Source of the DNA: an uncultured beta proteobacterium
Lineage (GTDB): Bacteria > Pseudomonadota > Gammaproteobacteria > Burkholderiales > SHXO01
Length of the DNA: 64,000 bases
NCBI GenBank assembly: GCA_963705615.1
Contig: CAVPKE010000007.1
Location: 10,742 to 74,741 of the forward strand
Direction of reading: 5' to 3'
The notes under the pieces were generated by a model. That model was not told the origin of the DNA, searched no databases, and saw only the letters and a list, made by a program, of their open reading frames with translations. This document shows positions 18,383 through 27,038 of the stretch, one piece after another. How positions within the stretch are numbered: position 1 is the first letter of the stretch; each line of letters starts with the position of its first letter. A program made the position numbers and the translations under genes.

Positions 18383-19222
18383 ATGCGAACACAAGCGGAG
18401 AAGGCGGCGGCGTTTAAGGCTCTGCACGAGCGGCCGGGCGCTTTCATCATCCCGAACCCGTGGGACGCGGGCACCGCCAAACTGCTCGCGTCGCTCGGCT
18501 TCGAGGCCCTGGCGACGACGAGCATGGGGCTGGCGAACACACTCGGGCGCGTCGACGGGACTGGTGCAGTGGACCCCAGGGAGGTGCTGGACAACTGCTT
18601 CGCGATTGCCGAAGCGACGGACCTGCCGGTCAACGCCGACCTGGAAAACTGCTACGCCCACCAACCCCGGGCTGCGGCCGAGATGATCCGACTGGCGGCG
18701 GAGGCAGGCGTCGTGGGTGGCTCGATCGAAGACGCGAGCGGCGACCCGAACAATCCAATCTACGACTTCCAGCTCGCGGTGGAGCGGGTGCACGCCGCCG
18801 TCGAGATGGCGCGGTCCCTGCCCTTCCCCTTCATGCTGACGGCGCGCGCCGAGAATCTCCTCCACGGCCGCATCGATCTGGACGACACCATCAAGCGGCT
18901 GCAAGCATTCGAGAAGGCTGGCGCCGACGCGTTGTACGCGCCGGGGCTGCGCGACCTCGCCACTATTCGCAAGGTAGTCGCGTCGGTCAGCAAACCGGTC
19001 AACGTGTTGATGGGCGCCGCCGATCCGTCGATCACGCTGGCACAGCTCGCCGAGGCCGGCGCCAAGCGCATCAGCATCGGCGGCGCGCTGTCGCGGCTCG
19101 CGCTCGGCGCCTTTCTCAGGGGTGCGCGCGAGATGAAGGAGACCGGTGGGTTCACCTGGATCCGCGACATCGTGCCGGTCAAGGACCTGAAGGCGGTGTT
19201 CACGGCAGCGCCCCCGCCCTGA
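18383..19222 (+). CDS. Isocitrate lyase/PEP mutase superfamily protein (2-methylisocitrate lyase / carboxyvinyl-carboxyphosphonate phosphorylmutase-like)
   Basis: MRTQAEKAAAFKALHERPGAFIIPNPWDAGTAKLLASLGFEALATTS...VNADLENCYA...GGSIEDAS...TARAENLL...RLQAFEKAGADALYAPG. The ATG at 18383 is preceded by GGTGAGG. Confidence 0.9.
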   Translation: MRTQAEKAAAFKALHERPGAFIIPNPWDAGTAKLLASLGFEALATTSMGLANTLGRVDGTGAVDPREVLDNCFAIAEATDLPVNADLENCYAHQPRAAAEMIRLAAEAGVVGGSIEDASGDPNNPIYDFQLAVERVHAAVEMARSLPFPFMLTARAENLLHGRIDLDDTIKRLQAFEKAGADALYAPGLRDLATIRKVVASVSKPVNVLMGAADPSITLAQLAEAGAKRISIGGALSRLALGAFLRGAREMKETGGFTWIRDIVPVKDLKAVFTAAPPP

Positions 19223-19288
19223 CCGTGAAGCGCTCTGGATAGAGCGCAGCGTAGTCCTCCCGAATCCCGCAGCCGCTGTTACGACAGG

Positions 19289-20521
19289 CTAGTCGTCCAC
19301 GACGTACGCACGCAGACGCGCCAGCTGCGCCGCGACCATCGGGTCGAGCCAGTCATCGTCGGTGGATTCCGGGACCGGCTCGCCGAGTCGGTGCGACGTG
19401 AGAGCGGAGAGTTGACCGAGGTCTTTGTCATCCTTCGCTCTGTCATCCTTCACTCTGGGGCAACCTCCCCGCTTGGCCAGGAGCAGGGCGTCCTCGGCGG
19501 ATGCGACCAGCATATCAATCGGCGACGAGGCCGCGTTCTGTTCGACCGAGGCGACCCCGGTACTGACCGTGCACGAGACCCGGTCGGACCCGACCGCCAC
19601 GGTGCAGGCCTCGACCTTCTCGCGTAGACGCTCCGCGACCACTGCGGCGGCGTTGCGATCGGTATCCGGCAGCACAACCAGAAACTCCTCCGCGCTGTAG
19701 CGCCCCATCGCATCGTAGGGCCTGAGGGCGCCATGCGTCGCCCGCGCCACTTCCTTGAGGAGCGCATCCGCTGTTGATCGTCCATAGCGATTATCGATCG
19801 ACCCGAGCTGGTCGACGCCGACCATCAGCACCGACAGTGCGTCGTGATGGCGCTGAGCGCGTTTGGCTTCCCGATCCAGGATATCGACGATGGCCCAGCG
19901 GTTCCAGATCTGGAGCTGCGGGTCGACCATGCTCTCTCGCTTTGCCTCGTCGAGCTCCGCCGACAAGGCGCGCTGTGCCTCGCTCAGTTCCGTGCTGGCA
20001 AATATCGCTTCCGCCCACTGGCCGAGGTCATCCAGTATCCGGCGCTCCTCCTGGCTCAGGCGGCGCGGCTCGCGGTCCATGATGCACAAGGCGCCGATTG
20101 GGAAGTTCTCGCTGTTGCGCAGGGCCCGTCCCGCATAGAACCGGATCATCGGCTCCGCGGTGACGAGAGGATTGTCCGCAAACCGGGTGTCGCACAGTGT
20201 GTCTTCGACGATCAGCGGCTCCTCTTCGAGGATGGCGTGGCCGCAGAACGAGATGCCGCGCGGCGTTTCTCGCACGGTGAGACCGATGCACGACTTGAAC
20301 CACAGGCGATCTTGGTCTACCAGCGATATCAGCGCAATCGGCGTCCCGAAAATGCGGCGCGCGGCGCGTATTACGCGATCCAGCGATGCTTCGTCGGGGC
20401 TGGACGACAACAACATGCGCCGCAGCGAGTCCAAGCGAGCAGACTCGTTTGCGGGGATCGGGGCGGCAAGCATGGTAGCTCCTCCAAGGATGGTTGAGCC
20501 GGATGCGCGAAGCCTGGTCAC
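19289..20521 (-). CDS. GAF-domain protein with a degenerate GGDEF domain (SAEEF) and a retained RxxD I-site
   Basis: GAF domain: ESARLDSL...ISLVDQDRLWFKSCIGL...FCGHAILEEEPLIVEDTLCDTRFADNPLVT...IRFYAGRAL. GGDEF-like domain: ALSVLMVGVDQLGSIDNRYGRSTADALLKEVA...RPYDAMGRYSAEEFLVVLPDTD. Alternative start MLAAPIP at 20473. Confidence 0.85.
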   Translation of the reverse strand: MTRLRASGSTILGGATMLAAPIPANESARLDSLRRMLLSSSPDEASLDRVIRAARRIFGTPIALISLVDQDRLWFKSCIGLTVRETPRGISFCGHAILEEEPLIVEDTLCDTRFADNPLVTAEPMIRFYAGRALRNSENFPIGALCIMDREPRRLSQEERRILDDLGQWAEAIFASTELSEAQRALSAELDEAKRESMVDPQLQIWNRWAIVDILDREAKRAQRHHDALSVLMVGVDQLGSIDNRYGRSTADALLKEVARATHGALRPYDAMGRYSAEEFLVVLPDTDRNAAAVVAERLREKVEACTVAVGSDRVSCTVSTGVASVEQNAASSPIDMLVASAEDALLLAKRGGCPRVKDDRAKDDKDLGQLSALTSHRLGEPVPESTDDDWLDPMVAAQLARLRAYVVDD

Positions 20522-20693
20522 GATGCGGCGGTGGGACCGCAGCGCACCGGGGCTATGCTTGTGGGGATAATTCTTATCGACTCCTGTTACCGGAGCTTTA
20601 AAGAATCCTCCTCCTCAGTGGAAATTCGGACCGCGCACGGCGGAAAAAGTGCGCTCCGGTTTGCGGTCGGCTCGGGGTTGGTGCAGCGCGAGT

Positions 20694-20825
20694 TCACTCC
20701 GCGATCAAGGCGGCCGTGGAGGCGTTCTTCTTTGTCGATGTCGTGTAGATCGTGCCGCACTCGGGCTGGACGAAGAGATCGTGGGTGCGGTTGTCCTGCA
20801 GGGGATCGTCGTACTTCAGGTTCAT
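20694..20825 (-). CDS. Small hypothetical protein (43 aa), not in the ORF track
   Basis: MNLKYDDPLQDNRTHDLFVQPECGTIYTTSTKKNASTAALIAE*. About 38 of 43 codons end in G/C, which is a strong coding signature in this GC-rich background. I saw no clear SD sequence and recognised no homolog. Confidence 0.35.
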   Translation of the reverse strand: MNLKYDDPLQDNRTHDLFVQPECGTIYTTSTKKNASTAALIAE

Positions 20826-20877
20826 TGAATGAGACAGGTCTCGATGAGACCTCGCACCGCGCTCAAAGACGGCCGTA

Positions 20878-20903
20878 CAAAAAACCCCGCCACTCGGGCG
20901 GGG
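20878..20903 (-). terminator. Rho-independent terminator downstream of the CHRD gene
   Basis: Stem CCCCGCC (20885-20891) / GGCGGGG (20897-20903) with loop ACTCG. On the minus strand it is followed by TTTTTTG (complement of 20878-20884). Confidence 0.7.
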
Positions 20904-20959
20904 TCGGTGCCGCGGGCTCGGGACTTCCCCGTCGGGAAGCGAGCCTGCTTGTGTGCGTA

Positions 20960-21400
20960 CTACGGCTTGATCTGCCCGCGGATCTCGCCACCCTTGTTCG
21001 CGTCGCTATGGACGTTCACGTAGAGATTGCCGGCCTTGAACGCTTCGTACTGCGCATCGCTGAGTTTGGCCCCAGCCGGAACGGACCAGGTGTTGTCTCC
21101 GCTCTTGGTCAGCGGGACCGCGACCCCACCGTTTTTGCCCGGAGGCGCTTCGTGAATGTGGGCCATCGTTCCTGCCACGCCCATCGTCATGACGCTTCCA
21201 CTCACCGACTTGTCGGCCCCCACCGAGATCGTGCCGCTGCCTGACCCGGCGGTCTTTACCGGCGGCACCTCTTGGTCACCACTCAACATCACCTTGACGT
21301 CTGCACCCATCGCAAATGCCGAGTAGGCTGCGAGGGAAATTACCGCCGTTGCACAAAGAGCCGACAAAATAGGACGCGTTGTTCTGGATGCTGCGCTCAT
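20960..21400 (-). CDS. CHRD domain-containing secreted protein
   Basis: Signal peptide (ILSALCATAVISLAAYSAFA), then ...LSGDQEVPPVKTAGSGSGTISV...MAHIHEAPPGKNGGV...AFKAGNLYVNVHSDANKGGEIRGQI. Confidence 0.85.
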   Translation of the reverse strand: MSAASRTTRPILSALCATAVISLAAYSAFAMGADVKVMLSGDQEVPPVKTAGSGSGTISVGADKSVSGSVMTMGVAGTMAHIHEAPPGKNGGVAVPLTKSGDNTWSVPAGAKLSDAQYEAFKAGNLYVNVHSDANKGGEIRGQIKP

Positions 21401-21436
21401 GCTTTACCTCCTGTTGGGAATAAGAAAAGCGACCCC

Positions 21437-24217
21437 TCATCGCGCGGACTGACCGCCCATGCGAGCACCTCCTCCACCTCGCCAACCACCACCACCACGA
21501 CCCTGTCCGCCTGCCGGGGCCTGCCTGGCGCCCATACTACTTCCGCCGGCCATGGCTCCCTGTCCCTGGTTGGGAGCAGAAACCCACGCACCGCCGCTGC
21601 GCCCGATCGGTGCAACTTGGCCGCCACCCCCGCCTTGACTGAAGCGAACACCGCCGGGGACGAAGGAGCGCGTTTCCATCTGCGCGGCGCGTCCCGCAGG
21701 GATGGGTGCCGCGCTGCGCGGGGCGGCCGGGGCGGACCAGCGGTTGCCCTGTGCACCCGTCGCAGACTGCGGCATGGATGGGTTCGCAGTCGATCTTGAC
21801 GGGCCGCGCAGGGGGACGGCCACAACGGGCGCCCCGCCCACGGCGCCAGGCCTTTGCCCACCACCCTGTGCCACAGGCGCTCCGCCCACGGTGCCAGGCC
21901 TTTGCCCACTACCCTGTGCCACGGGTGGAGACTGGGTCATCCCGCCGGGGGCAGTCGGGTTGGGTGCGTTCATGTTCTGCCACCGGCCGTTCCCGGCAAA
22001 GCGCTGCCATTGCCCGTCCATGCGCCGGAAGCTCTGCAAATTTTGATTGGGCGTCGGCGCGCCACCCGGTGTCGGTCTGGCGCCGGCAGCCGCGCCAACT
22101 GCTCCGGCCGCTGCCGCAGTTGTACCCGAAGGGCGTGCAGGTCCGCCGGAGAATCCCGGCGATTCGTTCGCGGAGCGCGGCCCGAAGTTGCGCGGTCCCG
22201 TCGCGCCTTGCACAGGAGGTGACCCCGCGCCGCGCCAGTTCGCTTGTTGAGACCAAGCCCCCGTGGGACGCGTTCCATTGCCCGTCGCTGCGAATCTCGC
22301 AGGTGCACCCATGGGGGTGGCCACCTTTCCGCCCCAGCGCTGGAAGATGTGGTTCACGTTCGCGTTGGCAGCGTGGGTGTGATTGACGGTCCCCGTATGG
22401 ATCGGAGCCACTCCGTGCACGTGCGGTCCCGCCACGGCCACGCCGTGCGGTACGAATACAGGCGCGACAACCACGGGCGCGATCCACGGTCCCCACCAAG
22501 GCCGGTAGCATGGATACGAGCCCCACCCCCACCCGAACCCCCACCCGAAGCCCCACCCCCACCCGGCCGACCAGTAAGGCCCCCAGGGCCACGGATTCCA
22601 CCAGCTGCCGTAGACGCTGAAGCCGAAACCCCACGTGACCGGCGGCCCGTACCAAACCGTGCCAACCCATGGCTGGTAATACCAACCCGTGCCGTAGACC
22701 ACCGTCGCGCCGGGCGCGACGTACGAGCCGACATAGCCGGGATAATAGCCCTCGTACACGACCTCCGGGGTTGCCTCATAGACGCGCACGTACGTTACGT
22801 AATGCAGCGGAGAGCTGCGCGGGATCGAATAAATCACCGGGGGAACCCACGTCGCTACCGTCCACGGCCCGAACGGAGAGTTCGAGACGAACCAGACGCT
22901 GTTATCCAACGCGTAGTAAGACCCTTGGTCCACTTGGATCACCGGCACCGGCGAGTTCACCACGTACTGCAGCGGCGTCCCTTCGATCGGGCGGAACTGC
23001 GGCGACCCATCGTAGGTGATCTCCAGCGTTGCGGCGCTGCGCTTGACCGTGGCCACCTGCGGCACGCTGTTTGCGATTACCGCTTCCTGCGCCTGTGGCG
23101 TTCCGGGTACGGATGCACGGACGCTCTCCGTGGGGTGGTCTTGCGGGATCATCGCGAAGTCGGCAGGCAGGCTGGCCCCAGGGACGTACTCCCAGCTGCC
23201 TTGGCTCAGAGAAGCAGTGCGGTACCAGCGACCCGAGAGCAGCAGGTAGTAGCGCTGCGTCTGCAGATCGAGAAACAGACTGTTGGGCGTGTTGGTCACG
23301 TACAGCAGGTTGGTGCCCTGGATCGGCAAGTACTGGGGCGGCCCATCGGTCTGCACCAGTTCGGCCGGGCTTGTCGTCACGTACACGACCGGGACGCGCC
23401 CGGCAGCAGATTCGCCCTCCTCCACCAAGTCCACCTGCCCGCTCGCCAACGCCTGCTGCTTCGCTTCATCGAGCGCCGACGGGCGCACATACGCCTCGGT
23501 CCACGGCCCCTCGATTTGAGGCGCTTCCATCCAGTGGCCGGCCACGAACAGGAAATAGCGTCGGGTAGTTTTGTCCTGCAGGATCAATGCACGCGTATTG
23601 ACTACTCGCAGAAGGCCGAGCCCCGCCATCTCCTTGAGCTGCGGCGTGCCGTCGATCGGCACGAGGATGGCGGGAGACTCGCTATAGACGATCCGAGGCG
23701 CAGCGTTGCGCAGCGGCTGGCTCTGGACCTCGCGGCTGGCGTGCTCGATGGCGAGATCGGATTCGAGCCGCTCACGGGCAACCGTCCAGGTCACAGCCGA
23801 CAGATGCCTGCGGATGGCATCCAGGTAAGCGCCGGCATTCGCAGCCGCAGTCGGAAAACTGGCGCGGCTTGCGGTGATGTCCCGCACCTTCACCATGCCG
23901 CTGCTATCCACCTCGGTGCGCGCCGACAGCCACACCAGCCCGAATACCGGCCTGTCCGCGCCCACGGGCTGCACCGCCACAGCCGCCTGCCCCTCGAGCC
24001 GGTCGGCTTGCCAGCGCTGGAGCTGCGGGGGATAAACGGTGAAGGCTTGCCCACCTTCATCGAATTGATTGGGCCACGGAAAAGACGACGGCGAGAGCGA
24101 CGAGGCGACCGGCGTGGATGCCGAGGGCAGTGGATTGTCGCTGGTCTGCGCCAAACCCCGGTCGAAGTTCAATACAGCGGCCAGGACAAAGAGGGTAATG
24201 CCTACACGTCGTGTCAT
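21437..24217 (-). CDS. Large (926 aa) secreted protein of unknown function: repeated YY..G.W...GPW modules, an extreme Trp/Gly-rich segment and a disordered G/A/P/R-rich tail
   Basis: Signal peptide MTRRVGITLFVLAAVLNFDRGLAQ. Modules RRYFLFVAGHWMEAPQIEGPWTEAYV, RYYLLLSGRWYRTASLSQGSWEYVP and SYYALDNSVWFVSNSPFGPWTVATWVP. W/G block WGFGFSVYGSWWNPWPWGPYWSAGWGWGFGWGFGWGWGSYPCYRPWWGPW. The 2.8-kb frame is uninterrupted. Confidence 0.8.
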   Translation of the reverse strand: MTRRVGITLFVLAAVLNFDRGLAQTSDNPLPSASTPVASSLSPSSFPWPNQFDEGGQAFTVYPPQLQRWQADRLEGQAAVAVQPVGADRPVFGLVWLSARTEVDSSGMVKVRDITASRASFPTAAANAGAYLDAIRRHLSAVTWTVARERLESDLAIEHASREVQSQPLRNAAPRIVYSESPAILVPIDGTPQLKEMAGLGLLRVVNTRALILQDKTTRRYFLFVAGHWMEAPQIEGPWTEAYVRPSALDEAKQQALASGQVDLVEEGESAAGRVPVVYVTTSPAELVQTDGPPQYLPIQGTNLLYVTNTPNSLFLDLQTQRYYLLLSGRWYRTASLSQGSWEYVPGASLPADFAMIPQDHPTESVRASVPGTPQAQEAVIANSVPQVATVKRSAATLEITYDGSPQFRPIEGTPLQYVVNSPVPVIQVDQGSYYALDNSVWFVSNSPFGPWTVATWVPPVIYSIPRSSPLHYVTYVRVYEATPEVVYEGYYPGYVGSYVAPGATVVYGTGWYYQPWVGTVWYGPPVTWGFGFSVYGSWWNPWPWGPYWSAGWGWGFGWGFGWGWGSYPCYRPWWGPWIAPVVVAPVFVPHGVAVAGPHVHGVAPIHTGTVNHTHAANANVNHIFQRWGGKVATPMGAPARFAATGNGTRPTGAWSQQANWRGAGSPPVQGATGPRNFGPRSANESPGFSGGPARPSGTTAAAAGAVGAAAGARPTPGGAPTPNQNLQSFRRMDGQWQRFAGNGRWQNMNAPNPTAPGGMTQSPPVAQGSGQRPGTVGGAPVAQGGGQRPGAVGGAPVVAVPLRGPSRSTANPSMPQSATGAQGNRWSAPAAPRSAAPIPAGRAAQMETRSFVPGGVRFSQGGGGGQVAPIGRSGGAWVSAPNQGQGAMAGGSSMGARQAPAGGQGRGGGGWRGGGGARMGGQSAR
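21831..21922. repeat. Two tandem copies of a 48-bp unit inside the large secreted-protein gene
   Basis: gccccgcccacggcgccaggcctttgcccaccaccctgtgccac (21831-21874) versus gctccgcccacggtgccaggcctttgcccactaccctgtgccac (21879-21922). They encode VAQG(S/G)GQRPG(T/A)VGGAP repeats. Confidence 0.85.
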
Positions 24218-24545
24218 GGCCAGGTCTCCTCTACAACACCCGCGGCGGTCTGACTCGCCGCACTCCGCGGTCTTGCGTTCTTTGCGGGCCGCGATATTCG
24301 CTCAACGCTTCGTCTGGCGCGCCGTTGACTACGCGCGCCGACTGTGGCCCACATGTGCCATTCTACTCACGTGTCGGCCCAGGAGAATTTCAGCTGTCAC
24401 ACTGTGTTACTTGCAGGCCCGTTTACTCCCGCCATGTTACTTCGACCTTCGCTCCCGCGCCGCGTTCGCGAGGAATCTCACCCATGCGACCTACGTCGGT
24501 TGGTGCCCCGAAAGCGCGTCTTGGTTCAAATGGCGTTCGGCAAGC

Positions 24546-24621
24546 GTAGCCCTTAGCCCGGATGAAGCGTAGTGGAATCCAGGAAGCTGTCCTGGATTGC
24601 GCTGCGCTCCATCCAGGCTAC
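24546..24621. repeat. Compound REP/BIME-like palindromic element
   Basis: Outer arms GTAGCCC..CCCGGATGAAGCG / CGCTCCATCCAGGCTAC. Inner perfect 9-bp hairpin AATCCAGGA-agctg-TCCTGGATT (24576-24598). It sits in a 470-bp region with no credible gene. Confidence 0.65.
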
Positions 24622-24686
24622 CTTTCTCGCGCCGATGACGAATGCGCAGGACGGGGTGCAAGCAGAGAAGCGGAACAGGCCCGCGT

Positions 24687-25893
24687 TCAGCGATACAGGA
24701 GTATCGCGTCGCGCTCTTCGCGCCAGGACCTTTCGTCTGGTTCGGCCAGTGCGTCTAGATCGGCGGCTGTGGCGCTGGGGTCATCGACCCAGCGGCGCAG
24801 CAGCTCGCTGCCGTTGATGAGATCGATCGCCAGCCGGTCTCGCTCGTACTCGTAAGGGAAGTCGCGCCACAGCCCGTAGTCGGGGCGCAGCTGCGTGAGC
24901 GCCTTGAACGCGAGCGCCTGCAAGCGCCACGGGCGAAACGCGTCGTGCTCGTAGGCTCCGTCGTCCACATGGATCTGCACGCCAGCGCAGAGCTTGCCGG
25001 CGTGCTTGTGGAATGTGGGCTCGAACCAGCAGGGCCGCAGGCGGCAGCCTCGCATCCACTGCGGCGCGAGCGCATGCATCTGCGTAATGAGTTTGGGCAC
25101 GTCCAGGTCCGGCGCGCCGAAGAGCTCGAGCGGACGCGTAGTGCCGCGTCCCTCCGATAGCGTGGTGCCCTCACACATCACGGTGCCCGGATAGCAGCGC
25201 GCCATCCACAAATTCGACGCGTTGGGACTGGGGTTGATCCAGCTCCGCTCCCCGAGTGGCCAGCCGAACCCGGGTCCAAGCTGGGGCTGCCAACCCTGCA
25301 TCTCGATGATGCGGTACTCCAGATCGAGGCCGCAGTGTCGTGACAAACCAGTGCGCCAGTTCGCCCATCGTGAGACCGTGGCGCATCGGCAGAGCGCCGG
25401 CGCCTACAAAGCTTTCCCAGCCTGCGCGCAGACGCAGCCCTTCGACGGGCCGGCCGACTGGATTCGGCCGATCGAGCACCCACACGGTCTTGTGCGCCTT
25501 CGCGGCTTCTTCCAGCACGTAGCGCAGCGTGGTGATGAAAGTGTAGATGCGGCAGCCCAGATCCTGCAGGTCGACCAGCAGCACGTCGAAGCTGTCCATC
25601 ATGGCGGCGGTGGGACGCCGCACCGTGCCGTACAGGCTGAACACCGGGATGCCGTGCTCGGGGTCGCGGAAGTCCGGCGATTCGATCATGTTGTCCTGCT
25701 TGTCTCCGCGCAGACCATGCTGGGGTCCGAAGGCCGCGACGATGCGAAGATCGTCGAGGGACGCGAGCGCATCGAGCGAATGCGTGAGATCGCGCGTCAC
25801 CGACGCGGGATGCGCGAGCAGCGCAACGCGGCGGCCCTTGAGCGGCTTGCGCAGCGCGCGCTCCTCGAGCAGGCGTTCGATGCCGAATTTCAT
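24687..25893 (-). CDS. DUF1343 family protein (exo-beta-N-acetylmuramidase NamZ-like); one frame change near 25340
   Basis: MKFGIERLLEE....LKGRRVALLAHPASVT...FGPQHGLRGDKQDNMIES...VFSLYG...DVLLVDLQDLGCRIYTFITTL...VWVLDRPNP, joined to ...WINPSPNASNLWMARCYPGTVMCEGTTLSEGRGTTRPLE. Its ATG overlaps the stop of the upstream gene (ATGA). Confidence 0.85.
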
Positions 25894-26519
25894 TTGGGCT
25901 TCCTCGCCCCCATACCCGCGGGCAACTCCAATGCAAAGCCGTCCGCATGATGGAAATCGGGCTTGCCGAGCGGGTGCGCGATCGCCCAGTAGGACAAGCG
26001 ATGCTCCGCGTCCTCGATGACGGCGGACAGCGCGAGCCGCAGGCCCGGGCCGTCTCCGAACGCGGGCACCGCATTGAGGTCGACGACGGTCTCCAGCGTT
26101 AGATAAGTGGCGTCGCGGCGCACAGAGATATCTGGCGGTGGTGCAGTTTCGACGGCCGTCATCCCCTCGCGGTAGGCGCTGAAACGGTAGATCGCCCACT
26201 CCCTGGACGGAGAGAAGTTGAATTCGCAGTAGCCGGCACCCGCCACCGACAGGGGGTTGGCGACGAACGCCTCGAAGCAGGTGTGTTGCCACAGCCTGTC
26301 TGCGCGGCGCGGCGAGGCTTCAGCGGGAATCACAAGACGGCCGATGTCACCTCGGACCGTGTATCGGATTTCGAGCGCCGCATCCTGCGTGCGCAGCGCG
26401 TGCACGTCGATGTTGCTGACCGCTTCGCAGGGGGTCGTAGGGTGGCAGATGAGCGGGACGGATTGCGCCACCATGTACCCCTTAGCCTCCGATCCAGCCC
26501 AGGGCGGGATCGCCTCCAA
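25890..26519 (-). CDS. DOMON-like domain-containing protein (hypothetical)
   Basis: ...RADRLWQHTCFEAFVA...YCEFNFSPSREWAIYRFSAYREGM...LSAVIEDAEHRLSYWAIAHPLGKPDFHHADGF. The family call is from memory. Alternative start MVAQSV at 26474. Confidence 0.55.
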   Translation of the reverse strand: MEAIPPWAGSEAKGYMVAQSVPLICHPTTPCEAVSNIDVHALRTQDAALEIRYTVRGDIGRLVIPAEASPRRADRLWQHTCFEAFVANPLSVAGAGYCEFNFSPSREWAIYRFSAYREGMTAVETAPPPDISVRRDATYLTLETVVDLNAVPAFGDGPGLRLALSAVIEDAEHRLSYWAIAHPLGKPDFHHADGFALELPAGMGARKPK

Positions 26520-26524
26520 CGTGG

Positions 26525-26989
26525 CTACTTCGGCATAACGCGCGTTGCTTGCCAGGACACGAACTGCACCCCGGCTGCGCGCTTCGCCCAGACCGCGTGA
26601 TACAGCAGGTGTAGCGAGAGCTCCTGTCCTCGGGCCGTCACCTCGAAGTTAGCGCTGCCCGTGACGATTGCGATGCATCCATACGTACGCACCTTCACGT
26701 CGCTGCGCTTCATGCTGCGGTACTTGACATTGCCCGAGCGAATGGATTCGATGAAGCTGGCCTTGGTGTCTACGGCCGTGCTGGAATGGATGTACACGAG
26801 GTCGTCGCCGAACAGCCTCTGCATGGCGGCGACATCGCCCGACATCTGCGCAGCAAGCCGCGCCTCCTCCGCTTTCAGCGCTTCTTCGACGGTGATCGTT
26901 CCACTGCAGTCCTGGGCTCCGGCGGTGTCCGCGGGCACCATGTGCGTCGTGGCAAAGCTGCGCAGTGCGTGGATCAGTGTTCTCAGCAT
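26525..26989 (-). CDS. SnoaL-like / DUF4440 (NTF2 fold) protein
   Basis: ...EALKAEEARLAAQMSGDVAAMQRLFGDDLVYIHSSTAVDTKASFIESIRSGNVKY...LLYHAVWAKRAAGVQFVSWQAT. Confidence 0.65.
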   Translation of the reverse strand: MLRTLIHALRSFATTHMVPADTAGAQDCSGTITVEEALKAEEARLAAQMSGDVAAMQRLFGDDLVYIHSSTAVDTKASFIESIRSGNVKYRSMKRSDVKVRTYGCIAIVTGSANFEVTARGQELSLHLLYHAVWAKRAAGVQFVSWQATRVMPK

Positions 26990-27038
26990 GTCGGTCTCCT
27001 CCGAAGTGATTGCGTCTTGGTTGGGGGCATGAAGGCAC

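Noticed and set aside
21831-21922. Tandem 48-bp repeat considered as a possible CRISPR or VNTR-type non-coding array
   Set aside because: There are only two copies with no spacers, and they lie inside an open reading frame where they encode a repeated Gly/Pro-rich peptide.
22244-24253. 669-aa plus-strand ORF
   Set aside because: It is antisense to the 926-aa secreted-protein gene, Arg/Pro/His-rich, and shows no domain signatures.
24515-24535. GGTTCAAAT, a tRNA T-loop-like string
   Set aside because: No acceptor, D or anticodon stems can be folded around it, so it is not a tRNA.
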